Both the position numbers and the translations under genes were made by a program. Below are positions 1-8,282 of a DNA stretch of 13,249 nt, in pieces; within the stretch, counting starts at the first letter, position 1, and the number at the start of each line of letters is the position of its first letter. This DNA comes from a bacterium (GTDB lineage: Bacteria; Sysuimicrobiota; Sysuimicrobiia; Sysuimicrobiales; Humicultoraceae). The notes below the pieces were generated by a model. The model was not told the DNA's origin. It saw nothing but the letters and a program-made list of their open reading frames with translations, and did not search any database. The DNA is taken from NCBI GenBank assembly GCA_041497675.1, contig JBGQGY010000103.1:1-13249 (forward strand), in the 5' to 3' direction.

Positions 1-2
1 AT

Positions 3-86
3 GCGGTCATTACTCTCGCTGTGATATCGCTCATGGTGCTGGCTATCGAGATGGTGGTTTTGTTGTTAGCCCCAATCCTCAGCTAG
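3..86 (+). CDS. Partial CDS (3' end), hydrophobic/transmembrane C-terminus of a gene entering the window
   Basis: Frame 3 reads AVITLAVISLMVLAIEMVVLLLAPILS* (TAG 84-86), almost entirely hydrophobic; a hairpin follows at 93-126. Confidence 0.45.
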   Translation, partial: AVITLAVISLMVLAIEMVVLLLAPILS

Positions 87-200
87 CTGATCCGATAGAT
101 CTGGCGGTGCTCCCGCCGATTGATCGTCCCGGCCTGCGCGAATACCGCCCAGCGCCAGGACCGTGCCCAGTGCGAGCGCAGCCGCCGTGACTGTTCGCAT
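83..200 (-). pseudogene. Frameshifted/truncated small secreted protein
   Basis: SD GGGAGG (213-208) lies 7 nt before ATG 200, giving MRTVTAAALALGTVLAL. Removing one G in the GGG at 150-148 continues AVFAQA-GTINRREHRQIYRIS*, completing a Sec signal peptide with an AQA site. The unshifted frame gives 44 aa ending at 66. Confidence 0.5.
93..126 (+). terminator. Hairpin just after the stop of the partial CDS (possible terminator, no U-tract)
   Basis: CGAT-A-GATC-T-GGCGG [TGCTC] CCGCC-GATT-G-ATCG inverted repeat. Confidence 0.3.
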
Positions 201-520
201 AATATCGCCTCCCTGAGAGTTGCCTGATTTCGACCGCTTGGACATCGGAGACCCTGCCGGGGTTTAGCGCCTTTGTGTCTGGCGCGCTCTCTCTTCTCAA
301 ACCATTGAGGCCCGGAGTGAAGCACGGTCCCACGGGAGGCCTAGAGCAGCCGCTTCTTGGGCATACTCTAGGTCACGTCCGGTGAAGCGTTGCCGGACGT
401 TGTTTTCTGGGAGAGAGCTCAGGCGATGGCCTTCCTCGCCTCGTGCACCACGAAGAACTCGCTCCGCGAGCGACCGCCACGGTCGCGCAAGATTCTTTTC
501 TGTCGGGGACTGCACCTCCA

Positions 521-3500
521 ATGAAGTCCCCTGGACACCACCGGTCTCAGGAGGTCCGCACCTGGGTCAACGGGGATGTGACCCTTAGACTCCGGGGCCT
601 TTCAAGGGTGGCCGGAGCCGCCGCCATCGTGGTTGGCGCGCTCACACTGGTCGGCTGGTCATTCAACGTCCTGTGGCTTACGAGCATCCTGCCTGGTCTT
701 GCCACTATGAAGCCAAATACCGCGGTGGCGTTCGTGCTTGCTGGGGTGTCGTTGGAGTTCCTCTGGCCTGAAGAACCCTACCGCCGGGGACGGGTCGTGG
801 CAGGTTTATGCGCGTTGGCCGTCCTTCTCGTGGGCGTATTGACGCTCGCAGAGTATGCGGGTGGTCGGCACCTGGGCATCGACCTATGGCTGTTCCGGGA
901 GGCGACAGAAGCGGAAGGTACGTCCTTCCCCGGCCGAATGGCGCCAGCCACGGCGCTTGCCTTCGCGCTGGTGGGAACGGCGCTCCTGCTCGTGCATCGG
1001 GGACGTATCCGGGCAGCACAAGTCCCCACCCTCGGCGCCGGGTTCATCGGCCTGTTGGGCGTCCTGGGCCATGCCTACGGAATTAAAGCCTTCTACGGAC
1101 TGGCCGCCTCATACACCACGGTCGCCGTGAACACGGCCGCCACGTTCCTGCTGTTGGCCATCGGTGTGCTCTGCGCCCGACCTACCCAAGGCATGATGGC
1201 CCTGCTGACCAGCGACACGGGCGGGGGAGTGGTCGCGCGGAAGCTCTTGCTCCCTGCGGTCGTCGTCCCCCTCTTTCTTGCGTGGGTTCGACTCTGGGGT
1301 CAGCGAGCGGGTCTCTACGGAACAGAATTTGGCCTCGCGCTCTTTGCGCTCTCAAACATTCTTGTCTTCGCGACCCTGGTGGCCTGGAATGCGGGAGCGC
1401 TCCATCGTACCGATCGGGCACGTCGGCAAGCCAACCAGGCGCTGGCCAAGCAAACGGATCGCCTCGAAGTGTTGCACAAGATCGATCAAGATATTCTGAC
1501 GGCACAAAACCCGGAAGCCGTAGCGGCAGCGGCTCTTCACCACCTCTGGAACCTGGTCCCCTATCGGCGAGCTAGTTTCTTACGGTACGACCTCGAAGCG
1601 AATGAGGCCAGGGCGCTAGCTTCGCACGCCAGCAACGCTACTCCGTCACTGATCCCTGGGACACGCTTTCCGCTGGACACGCTAGGGGATATCGGAGACA
1701 TGCTCAATGCCCTCAAACAGGGCAAGACGTACGAGCAAGACATGGTGAAGTTCTCCCAGCACGTGCCTGCTGTGCAAGCGGCGCGTGCTGCGGGAATTCG
1801 CACCACGCTAGTCGTTCCCTTGCTCGCTGAAGCTCAACTGATTGGCGCCCTGCATTTTGGGCTCGCCAGTACTGATGTCCTGACGCCGGAAGACCTCGAC
1901 ATTGCCCGCGAGGTGGCCGACCAGGTAGGGATTGCCATTCAGCAAGCGGAGCTGCGCCAGACTGTGCAGCGCCATACGGCAGAGCTAGAGCAACGCGTCG
2001 CCGCCCGCACCGAGGAGCTGGGGGAGGCCACGAGGTTCCTGGAGCAGCTGGTGGCGACGACCCCTGGGGTGATCTACCGCCGCCGGCCCGGCGACCTGGC
2101 TATGACCTATGTGAGTGGGAACGTCGAGCGGGTACTGGGCTTTCGTCCGGAAGAGATTGTGGGGGTCCCGAGGTTCTGGTACCAGCGCATCCACCCCGAT
2201 GATCGCGCGCGGCTCGACGCCGACAATGAGCGCGCGTGGAAGGAAAGGCAGCCGCAGGTCGAGCGCGAGTACCGGTTTCGGCACCCGGACGGACAATACC
2301 GGTGGCTGCAAAGTGTGGTGCGCTTCGAATATGATGAAGCCGGAGCTCTGGTGGACATCGTAGGCTTCGTGTTGGATGTCACCGACCGCAAGCAGATCAT
2401 GGAAGAACTTGCCCGAACCAGCCACGAACTGCGGGAGGCCAGAGACTCCCTCGAAACGCTGGTCAGCATGAGCCCCTCCATCATCTTCGAGACCGATCTC
2501 AAAGAAGGGCGCGTCAAGTATTCTAGCCCGAACATCGAACGCATCGTCGGGTACACGAGGGAGGAGATCCAGGTTCTCTCGTCTTGGGAAGAGCATATCC
2601 ATCCCGAGGATCGCCAGAGCTTCAAGACCGGCATGCAGGAGGCGATTAGCAACAAGGCCGCTCAATTCGAACTGGAGTACCGCTTTCAGCACAAGAACGG
2701 CGACCCCCGCTGGCTCCACAGTGTGGTCCGTATCGCCTATGACGAGGGCGGTCGGCCCACCACCGTCTTCGGCTACAGTCAAGACATCACCCTGCGCAAG
2801 GCTGCCGAGGAAACCCTGAGGCAAGTTCGACTCGAAGCCGATCGCGCCAATCAGGCGAAGAGCGAGTTCCTCTCCCGCATGAGCCACGAGCTGCGAACGC
2901 CGCTCAACGCCATCCTGGGGTTCGCCCAACTGTTGGAGATGGACTCTCTCAATCCAGAGCAAAGCGAGGGTGTGGCGCACATTCTCAAGGGCGGCCGCCA
3001 TCTTCTTGGTCTCATCAACGAGGTGCTGGATATCGCGCGGATTGAGGCGGGGCGGTTGGACCTTTCCCTGGAGGCAGTCTCGGTGGACGAGGTGGTCCGG
3101 GAGAGCCTCGATCTAATCGCGCCGCTGGCGGCCGAGGGAAACATCGGGGCCGAAACCGCGCCGGCTTCGGGGTTCGTGCTGGCCGATCGTCAGCGGCTCA
3201 AGCAGGTCCTCCTCAACCTCCTCTCCAACGCGGTCAAGTACAACCGCAGACGGGGAACGGTCGCGCTGTCCTTCGAGAACATGCCCGCGGGTCGGCTGCG
3301 CATCAAGGTGAGTGACACCGGTCCCGGCATCGCTCCCGAGCGGTTGGAGCGGCTCTTCATCCCCTTCGAGCGGCTCGGGGCCGAGCAGTCCGGGGTTGAA
3401 GGCACCGGCCTCGGCCTGGCCCTCTCCAAACGGCTGGTCGAGGCTATGGGTGGTACCCTCGGCGTCGAGAGCATGCCCGGCCAGGGCAGCACCTTCTGGG

Positions 3501-3991
3501 TGGAGCTCGCGCTGGCCGAAAACCCGATTCAGCGTGTGGACCAGACGGGCGTCGCTCTGCCGGCCGCGGCTGAACTGAACGCCTCCCGCAAGGCCCGGAT
3601 TGTCCTTTACATCGAAGATAATCTCTCAAACCTGAAGCTCATCCAGCGTCTCCTGGCCCACCGGCCCGAGGTGCGGCTCATCCCCGCCATGCAGGGGCGT
3701 CTGGGGCTGGACCTGGCTCGCGAGCACCGGCCACATCTGATCCTTCTGGACCTCCATCTGCCCGACATCCCGGGCGAAGAGGTCCTACAGCGCTTGCAGG
3801 CTGACCCGGAGACGCGGCCCATCCCGGTGGTCATGGTGAGTGCCGACGCCATACCAAGCCAGGTCAAGCGGCTGCGCGCCGAAGGCGCGCGGGATTATCT
3901 GACCAAACCACTGGACGTAAAGAAGTTCCTCGCTCTCCTGGACGACGTGTTGGCAGATCGAGCGTTGGGACCGACAGGAAGAAAGGGCTGA
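521..3991 (+). CDS. Membrane-bound hybrid sensor histidine kinase (multi-TM, GAF, 2x PAS/PAC, HisKA, HATPase_c, C-terminal receiver)
   Basis: H-box [20 protein letters not shown]-box [17 protein letters not shown]1 VSDTGPGI; G2 [17 protein letters not shown]...LILLDLHLP...VSAD...LTKP; two PAS domains with IHPDD/IHPED and RW..S; GAF 'LVVPLL..QLIGAL...[15 protein letters not shown]'. Start uncertain (GTG 443, ATG 521 or GTG 578). Confidence 0.95.
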   Translation: MKSPGHHRSQEVRTWVNGDVTLRLRGLSRVAGAAAIVVGALTLVGWSFNVLWLTSILPGLATMKPNTAVAFVLAGVSLEFLWPEEPYRRGRVVAGLCALAVLLVGVLTLAEYAGGRHLGIDLWLFREATEAEGTSFPGRMAPATALAFALVGTALLLVHRGRIRAAQVPTLGAGFIGLLGVLGHAYGIKAFYGLAASYTTVAVNTAATFLLLAIGVLCARPTQGMMALLTSDTGGGVVARKLLLPAVVVPLFLAWVRLWGQRAGLYGTEFGLALFALSNILVFATLVAWNAGALHRTDRARRQANQALAKQTDRLEVLHKIDQDILTAQNPEAVAAAALHHLWNLVPYRRASFLRYDLEANEARALASHASNATPSLIPGTRFPLDTLGDIGDMLNALKQGKTYEQDMVKFSQHVPAVQAARAAGIRTTLVVPLLAEAQLIGALHFGLASTDVLTPEDLDIAREVADQVGIAIQQAELRQTVQRHTAELEQRVAARTEELGEATRFLEQLVATTPGVIYRRRPGDLAMTYVSGNVERVLGFRPEEIVGVPRFWYQRIHPDDRARLDADNERAWKERQPQVEREYRFRHPDGQYRWLQSVVRFEYDEAGALVDIVGFVLDVTDRKQIMEELARTSHELREARDSLETLVSMSPSIIFETDLKEGRVKYSSPNIERIVGYTREEIQVLSSWEEHIHPEDRQSFKTGMQEAISNKAAQFELEYRFQHKNGDPRWLHSVVRIAYDEGGRPTTVFGYSQDITLRKAAEETLRQVRLEADRANQAKSEFLSRMSHELRTPLNAILGFAQLLEMDSLNPEQSEGVAHILKGGRHLLGLINEVLDIARIEAGRLDLSLEAVSVDEVVRESLDLIAPLAAEGNIGAETAPASGFVLADRQRLKQVLLNLLSNAVKYNRRRGTVALSFENMPAGRLRIKVSDTGPGIAPERLERLFIPFERLGAEQSGVEGTGLGLALSKRLVEAMGGTLGVESMPGQGSTFWVELALAENPIQRVDQTGVALPAAAELNASRKARIVLYIEDNLSNLKLIQRLLAHRPEVRLIPAMQGRLGLDLAREHRPHLILLDLHLPDIPGEEVLQRLQADPETRPIPVVMVSADAIPSQVKRLRAEGARDYLTKPLDVKKFLALLDDVLADRALGPTGRKG

Positions 3992-4025
3992 GAAAGCCGA
4001 TACCTTCGCGATTGCCGGATCCCCT

Positions 4026-5039
4026 CTAGTAACGCTTCCAGGGACGCCATGGCAGCCTCCAGCGAGTCTTCGCCGGAGCGCCAGCCTGCTGCTGCGCATC
4101 GAACTCAACCCGCAGGCTCGCGTAGTCGCGGGCAAGGTTCTCGGAGTACGCCAGGAGGTCGGTCAGGAGGCGTGCTCCGTCGTTGCAGGGCGGGGTGCAC
4201 TCGACCGGACCTCCCAGGTACTCGACGGGATCTTCAATGATCCGGGGATCAGCCATCTCATCTTGTCTGACAGCATAGTGGGTGGCCGCCTGCCGGAAGC
4301 CGGCCGCAAAGCGCTCAGGATCCGCTTTGAGGAGCTCGAAGGGGTCGGCGTACTGAAAACCCCATGACGGATGCCGATCCGGCATGGCAAAGTACTGCAG
4401 GCGTTGGATGGCGACTTTGGAAGCGTACTGTCCCGGCGAGCGGACGGGAAAGTGAGCAAGATAGGCCCGTTCGCATTGGCGGGACGGGCACGGCGCCCCA
4501 TCGACCTCCAGGGCATGGCTGCCCTGGGTCACCCTGGCTGCCGGCAGGCGGGCCAGCGGGCCCGGGATCACCACCTTCGCCCAGGGATAGCCTTCCTTGA
4601 CGAGCCGGTGGCGAATCCGGCGCACCGGGTTGGTCTCGGAAGGGTCGTCGCCGGCGCGGGGCACGTACGAGCGCCAGAAGACGTGCAGCAGGGCTCCTGC
4701 CGAAACGTCATCCGCGCCGTGCGCAAAGATCCCGCCCCCCGGGCCGGCGACGAAGAACTCGTCAGCGTCCAGGGGAAGCACCCAATCCGCGCCGCAGTCG
4801 AGCGCAACCGTGTGCATCAGCCGTGTCATTCGCTTCCACTGCAGATGCCCGATGGATGGGTCGTCGACCACGTCGAGGGACAGCCCGCGCCGCTGGAGCG
4901 CCGACAGGATATCCCTGGTGCCGTCGGTGCTGCCGTTGTCGAGGACGATCAGGTGATCCGTCACGGCGACGGTGTGGCGGACGAAGGCCTCTACGATGTC
5001 GACCTCGTTCTTCACGCAGCTGATGGCGACGACGCGCAC
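4026..5039 (-). CDS. Glycosyltransferase family 2-like protein (Glyco_tranf_2_4-type)
   Basis: VKNEVDIVEAFVRH, VLDNGSTDGT, DWVLPLDADEF (DxD), later QGSH and HFPVRS motifs typical of this GT-A subfamily. Confidence 0.9.
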   Translation of the reverse strand: MRVVAISCVKNEVDIVEAFVRHTVAVTDHLIVLDNGSTDGTRDILSALQRRGLSLDVVDDPSIGHLQWKRMTRLMHTVALDCGADWVLPLDADEFFVAGPGGGIFAHGADDVSAGALLHVFWRSYVPRAGDDPSETNPVRRIRHRLVKEGYPWAKVVIPGPLARLPAARVTQGSHALEVDGAPCPSRQCERAYLAHFPVRSPGQYASKVAIQRLQYFAMPDRHPSWGFQYADPFELLKADPERFAAGFRQAATHYAVRQDEMADPRIIEDPVEYLGGPVECTPPCNDGARLLTDLLAYSENLARDYASLRVEFDAQQQAGAPAKTRWRLPWRPWKRY

Positions 5040-5140
5040 GTAGTGTGATACGTCGCCGGCTCTCCAACCCCTCGCAGGGCGGGCTGTGTTCTTGAGAGAA
5101 TCTAGAGAACGACAGCGAGCATCTGCCGGAGGGACTGAAC

Positions 5141-5578
5141 ATGTTGCAGGCCATTTGGAACAGGAAGCGTACGAGCGAGCGCGGGTTCACGCTGATCGAA
5201 CTCATCGTCGTGATCGCAGTTCTTGGTATCTTGATCGCGCTGGCGATGCCCCGGTATCTTGGCTCGCGCAAGAGCGTGCTGGTGGCCGAAGGGGACAACG
5301 CGCTCCTGGAGATGAAGACGATGTCGTGGGCCTATTACCAGCAGTACAACACGTTCGTGGGGCTGGACACGGGCTTCCCGGGTGTGATCGGGTTCCAGGC
5401 GCCGGGCACGGCCTGCTGGATGTTCTCCATCCCGAGCTCTACGGTCACGTCGGTGACGCTGCGGGCGACGGGCAACACGACCGGCCGGACGCAGTGCAGC
5501 ATCCTGTTGGGTTCGGAGCAGATCAACGTGACGCTGAACAACACCGGCGCGGTGACGCGCGCGACCAGCGGATTGTAA
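5141..5578 (+). CDS. Type IV pilin-like protein (prepilin N-terminal cleavage/methylation motif)
   Basis: Basic 15-aa leader ending RG|FTLIELIVVIAVLGILIALAMPRY (G-1, F1, E5, P22); two Cys in the globular part; SD GGAGG upstream of ATG. Confidence 0.92.
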   Translation: MLQAIWNRKRTSERGFTLIELIVVIAVLGILIALAMPRYLGSRKSVLVAEGDNALLEMKTMSWAYYQQYNTFVGLDTGFPGVIGFQAPGTACWMFSIPSSTVTSVTLRATGNTTGRTQCSILLGSEQINVTLNNTGAVTRATSGL

Positions 5579-5581
5579 GTC

Positions 5582-5611
5582 TGGCCAAGCAAGCGTTCAC
5601 CGTGCTATTCT
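5582..5611 (+). promoter_or_regulatory. Putative sigma70 promoter of tRNA-Pro
   Basis: Extended -10 TG-C-TATTCT (5603-5611), TGGCCA 18 nt upstream of the hexamer; tRNA starts 13 nt downstream. Confidence 0.45.
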
Positions 5612-5624
5612 GAGCGTTAGACGT

Positions 5625-5701
5625 CGGGCCGTAGCGCAGCTTGGTAGCGCGCCTGAATGGGGTTCAGGAGGTCCGCGGTTCAAATCCGCGCGGCCCGACC
5701 A
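5625..5701 (+). tRNA. tRNA-Pro (anticodon GGG)
   Basis: 77 nt cloverleaf: acceptor CGGGCCG/CGGCCCG + ACCA, D-arm GCGC-AGCTTGGTA-GCGC, anticodon arm CCTGA-AT GGG GT-TCAGG, T-arm CGCGG-TTCAAAT-CCGCG; encoded CCA. Confidence 0.98.
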
Positions 5702-5839
5702 TCGTAAACCCCGCACCTATCAAGAAGAATCGCACGTCAGCCTCCTAGTAGGACTAGAAGATTCAGGTCGATGGTTGCACGTGGGATCGCAACAGACCCG
5801 TGAGCGAGCTGGACCTGGTGTTAGCGAGCGGGAGCCTCC

Positions 5840-6325
5840 TCAGCGGTTCGGGCAACGTACATAGTCAAAGAACGCGTCCTTTGGATTGTTGAATGAAATG
5901 ACCACCCCGGAGTCGCTCTCAGTGTCCCAGTAGCCACGATATCTCGAATCGTTCAGCGCTTGAATCTGTATCAGTAACCCGTCCTGCTGCGGGGCAATGA
6001 AGATCGTGATGGCGCCCCTCTCGCGCACTCCGAAGTTACGGAATTCCTTCTCAGGAACGGGCACGTAAAGACCATCATTTTGGGTGAGCCATTTACCGCT
6101 CGCGTTCTCCAGCCACTGATATCGCCCGTCGTGCGTGTACGCATTCCGTAACTTGTCACACTGACCCCGCTGCGCCCACTCCCCGACTAGCAGCGTATAA
6201 TCGATAGCACGGTTCTGGCAAGCGGAGGTGAAGGAGAGCAACAGTCCCAACAAGATGGAATTGCGCAGAAGTGACCGCGTTGGCCGTCGATGCTCAAGGA
6301 TGATCTGTATGCCCCTCAAGGGCAT
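5840..6325 (-). CDS. Hypothetical lipoprotein, possibly lipocalin-like beta-barrel
   Basis: Basic stretch, hydrophobic core and lipobox-like FTSA-C, then LVGEW (GxW), aromatic beta-strand pattern and a second pair of Cys. Frame is open back to 6478; ATG 6325 (or a nearby TTG) is the more plausible start. Confidence 0.65.
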   Translation of the reverse strand: MPLRGIQIILEHRRPTRSLLRNSILLGLLLSFTSACQNRAIDYTLLVGEWAQRGQCDKLRNAYTHDGRYQWLENASGKWLTQNDGLYVPVPEKEFRNFGVRERGAITIFIAPQQDGLLIQIQALNDSRYRGYWDTESDSGVVISFNNPKDAFFDYVRCPNR

Positions 6326-6607
6326 CACCCCTCTGCCACGCAAGAAATTGATGCCCCCTCGAACCACATACCAGTCCTGGACATAGTATTCGACCGCGCA
6401 CTGCGTTAACCGCCCTGCGGTCCCTGGCGTTGGATGCGGAGCAGTGACGTGGTGACCAGCAGACCGGGAGGCGGCCAAGGTCGCCGTTCCGATCGGTGCC
6501 TGGACCGTCGCCCCTCATCCTTCAGATGTCTACTGGAAACGGTGAAGAGCAACTAGCCTGCGGGCTGGCATGCTGGAGGCCCCCCGCAAAATCAACTCTC
6601 CGCCCGA

Positions 6608-6636
6608 TAGACGGTGGCGGCCGTGGGAGATAAGTT
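6608..6636 (+). promoter_or_regulatory. Putative sigma70 promoter for the two small ORFs
   Basis: TAGACG - 17 nt - TAAGTT, followed by SD AGGAGGT (6646-6652) and ATG 6660. Confidence 0.4.
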
Positions 6637-6659
6637 CAGCATAAGAGGAGGTCGGGGAG

Positions 6660-6833
6660 ATGAAGGACGTAAGGGACGGGATCGAAGTCCACCCGTTTGA
6701 CTCTTGCAACCGGTGCGGCCTCCGAAGGCGCACGCGTGAACTGGAACGGGAAGGCATCGTCGTGAGGCTCTGCGACGATTGCTATTGGGGAAAGGAACCG
6801 AAGAATGGGGAAAAGGTGGACCCTGCAGCGTAG
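6660..6833 (+). CDS. 57-aa CxxC-x18-CxxC zinc-finger/ribbon microprotein
   Basis: MKDVRDGIEVHPFDSCNRCGLRRRTRELEREGIVVRLCDDCYWGKEPKNGEKVDPAA*; perfect SD AGGAGGT 7 nt upstream; absent from the ORF track. Confidence 0.8.
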   Translation: MKDVRDGIEVHPFDSCNRCGLRRRTRELEREGIVVRLCDDCYWGKEPKNGEKVDPAA

Positions 6834-6874
6834 TGCTCGTCACGACGATAGGAATCAAAAACAAGGAAACCGAT

Positions 6875-7069
6875 ATGAGCACCCAGCAGATTACGGTACA
6901 GGAGATCACAGCGAGGGAGGCTTACGACGCGGCGGATGCCATCATCACAGCGCTCCCGAACGCGCCGAGGCGGGCATTGGCAGGGGAGATCCACGATCTC
7001 TTCCTGTACCTCAAGTGCCAGATGCACAGGGAAGGACCCCGTTCGGTGCCCATGCCACGGCCCGGCTGA
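6875..7069 (+). CDS. Small helical hypothetical protein (64 aa)
   Basis: AAGGA SD before ATG 6875; MSTQQITVQEITAREAYDAADAIITALPNAPRRALAGEIHDLFLYLKCQMHRE..., two amphipathic helices. Confidence 0.6.
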   Translation: MSTQQITVQEITAREAYDAADAIITALPNAPRRALAGEIHDLFLYLKCQMHREGPRSVPMPRPG

Positions 7070-7151
7070 CCACCGCGGTCACGATTGGTTCTTGTTACCT
7101 TCCTGTTGCCTCACGGAGGCCGAAAGCCGCGTACTGAGATCAAACCACTCG

Positions 7152-7280
7152 AAGCGAACCGAAAGGTGAGCCGAACGCCAAAAGCGAAGTAGGATGCCGG
7201 ATTCGGCGTCCTGACTGCATTTCCGCCGTTGCGTAGTCAGGGTTCTGGCTCATCGCTTGTCCTCCCGACTAGGAAAGGCG
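7152..7280 (+). ncRNA. Candidate structured cis-regulatory leader RNA (no family recognised)
   Basis: Nested pairings: 7152-7157/7253-7258, GAAA hairpin 7158-7167, 7168-7176/7242-7251, 9-bp hairpin 7191-7212, hairpin 7213-7238; alternative SD-sequestering hairpin 7254-7263/7271-7280. Confidence 0.4.
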
Positions 7281-7286
7281 CAAAAC

Positions 7287-8282
7287 ATGAGGCTGTCCGT
7301 CGTCATCCCCAGCCGGAACGCGGGGGACACGCTTGCGGCCGTGCTGGAGGGCCTCGTCACACAGGACGTCCCCGCGGGCACATTCGAGGTCATCGTCGTG
7401 GACCGTTCCTCAGACGATACCGTTGAGCGTCTGGGGCGTGTGGACAGGCGGTTCCCGCTGCGAATCGTCCGCCAGGTCGGTCGTGGCCGCGGGGCGGCCC
7501 TCAACCAGGGGGTCGCCAACGCGGGCGGCGACGTTCTCCTCTTCATGGACGCCGACGTCATCCCGCGGCCCGGGTTGCTCGAGGCGCACCTCAAACACTA
7601 CGAGGTCGGTGGAAGGCTGCGCGCGGTGCAGGGCCGTACCGTCCCAGACCCTGGGACGCTGATCACTCCCTTCATGCGCACCGAAAACACGCTGCCGGAT
7701 CTGACCCGGCGCCGGCGGGACGATATGGCGCCCTTTCACGTCTTGGGGAGGAACTTCTCCGTATCCCGCCCTGGGTTCGATGCCGTGGGGGGCTTCGATG
7801 AAGCGTTCCGCAACTACGGGTGGGAGGACATCGAGTTCGCCGTCCGCTTCCACAAGGCCAAGGGGCGCATCATGTACGAACCCGAGGCCCTGGCCGTGCA
7901 TTGTCACCCGATCACCGTGGAGGCGGCGTCTGCGCGTCAACGGGAAAACGGTCGCGGCGCGGTCTACTTCTGGCGCAAGCATGGCCGACCGCTGGCCCTC
8001 GGCCTCCAACTCGAAGTCCATCCGTTGCTCCTGCCGTTGAAGTGGCTGGTCTACCGTACGGGGCCGGCGACGTGGTTCCTCGAGGCTATCCGTCCCTGGG
8101 CCGAGCGGCGCGACGTCTTACTCTTGCTCAACGAATGTTATCATCACATGACCTGGCGCGGCTTTTACCAAGGTGTCTTCGAGGCCTTCCGCGAGCCGCC
8201 GCCGCCGGTCGCGCCCCGCCGGCAGGAGACAAGAACGAGCCAGGTAAGAGTTGGAGGAAGGAGGCGAGGACAGGATGGGTGA
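7287..8282 (+). CDS. Glycosyltransferase family 2 protein
   Basis: LSVVIPSRN, FEVIVVDRSSDDT, ALNQG, LLFMDAD (DxD), GGFDEAFRNYGWEDIEF; SD AGGAAAGG before ATG 7287. Confidence 0.93.
   Translation: MRLSVVIPSRNAGDTLAAVLEGLVTQDVPAGTFEVIVVDRSSDDTVERLGRVDRRFPLRIVRQVGRGRGAALNQGVANAGGDVLLFMDADVIPRPGLLEAHLKHYEVGGRLRAVQGRTVPDPGTLITPFMRTENTLPDLTRRRRDDMAPFHVLGRNFSVSRPGFDAVGGFDEAFRNYGWEDIEFAVRFHKAKGRIMYEPEALAVHCHPITVEAASARQRENGRGAVYFWRKHGRPLALGLQLEVHPLLLPLKWLVYRTGPATWFLEAIRPWAERRDVLLLLNECYHHMTWRGFYQGVFEAFREPPPPVAPRRQETRTSQVRVGGRRRGQDG

Noticed and set aside
20..35. CRP-like site TGTGA-N6-TCATG
   Set aside because: 8/10 match, but inside a probable coding 3' end and not positioned at a promoter.
1985..3001. 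338-aa minus-strand ORF and other long antisense ORFs (4371..5048, 7410..8021, 8348..9007, 9988..11286)
   Set aside because: Shadow frames of well-supported genes in GC-rich DNA; no motifs.
5186..5578. Electrically conductive (e-pilin) type pilin
   Set aside because: Aromatics at mature positions 1, 24, 50, 51 and 57, but position 27 is Ser, the total is 11/130, and the last ~50 residues have none.
91..6877. Recurring CCGATA/CCGATG sigma28-like -10 boxes in or near intergenic DNA (about 92, 245 minus strand, 3997, 6604, 6870)
   Set aside because: None has a good TAAA -35 at the expected 15-nt spacing.
7060..7072. Possible attR copy of the tRNA 3' end (CGGCTGACCA vs CGGCCCGACCA)
   Set aside because: Too short and mismatched to distinguish from chance.
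7100..7200. Hammerhead, group II intron domain V or second c-di-GMP aptamer
   Set aside because: No CUGANGA core, no domain V pairing with AC bulge, and no CGCAAAG/P2 arrangement.
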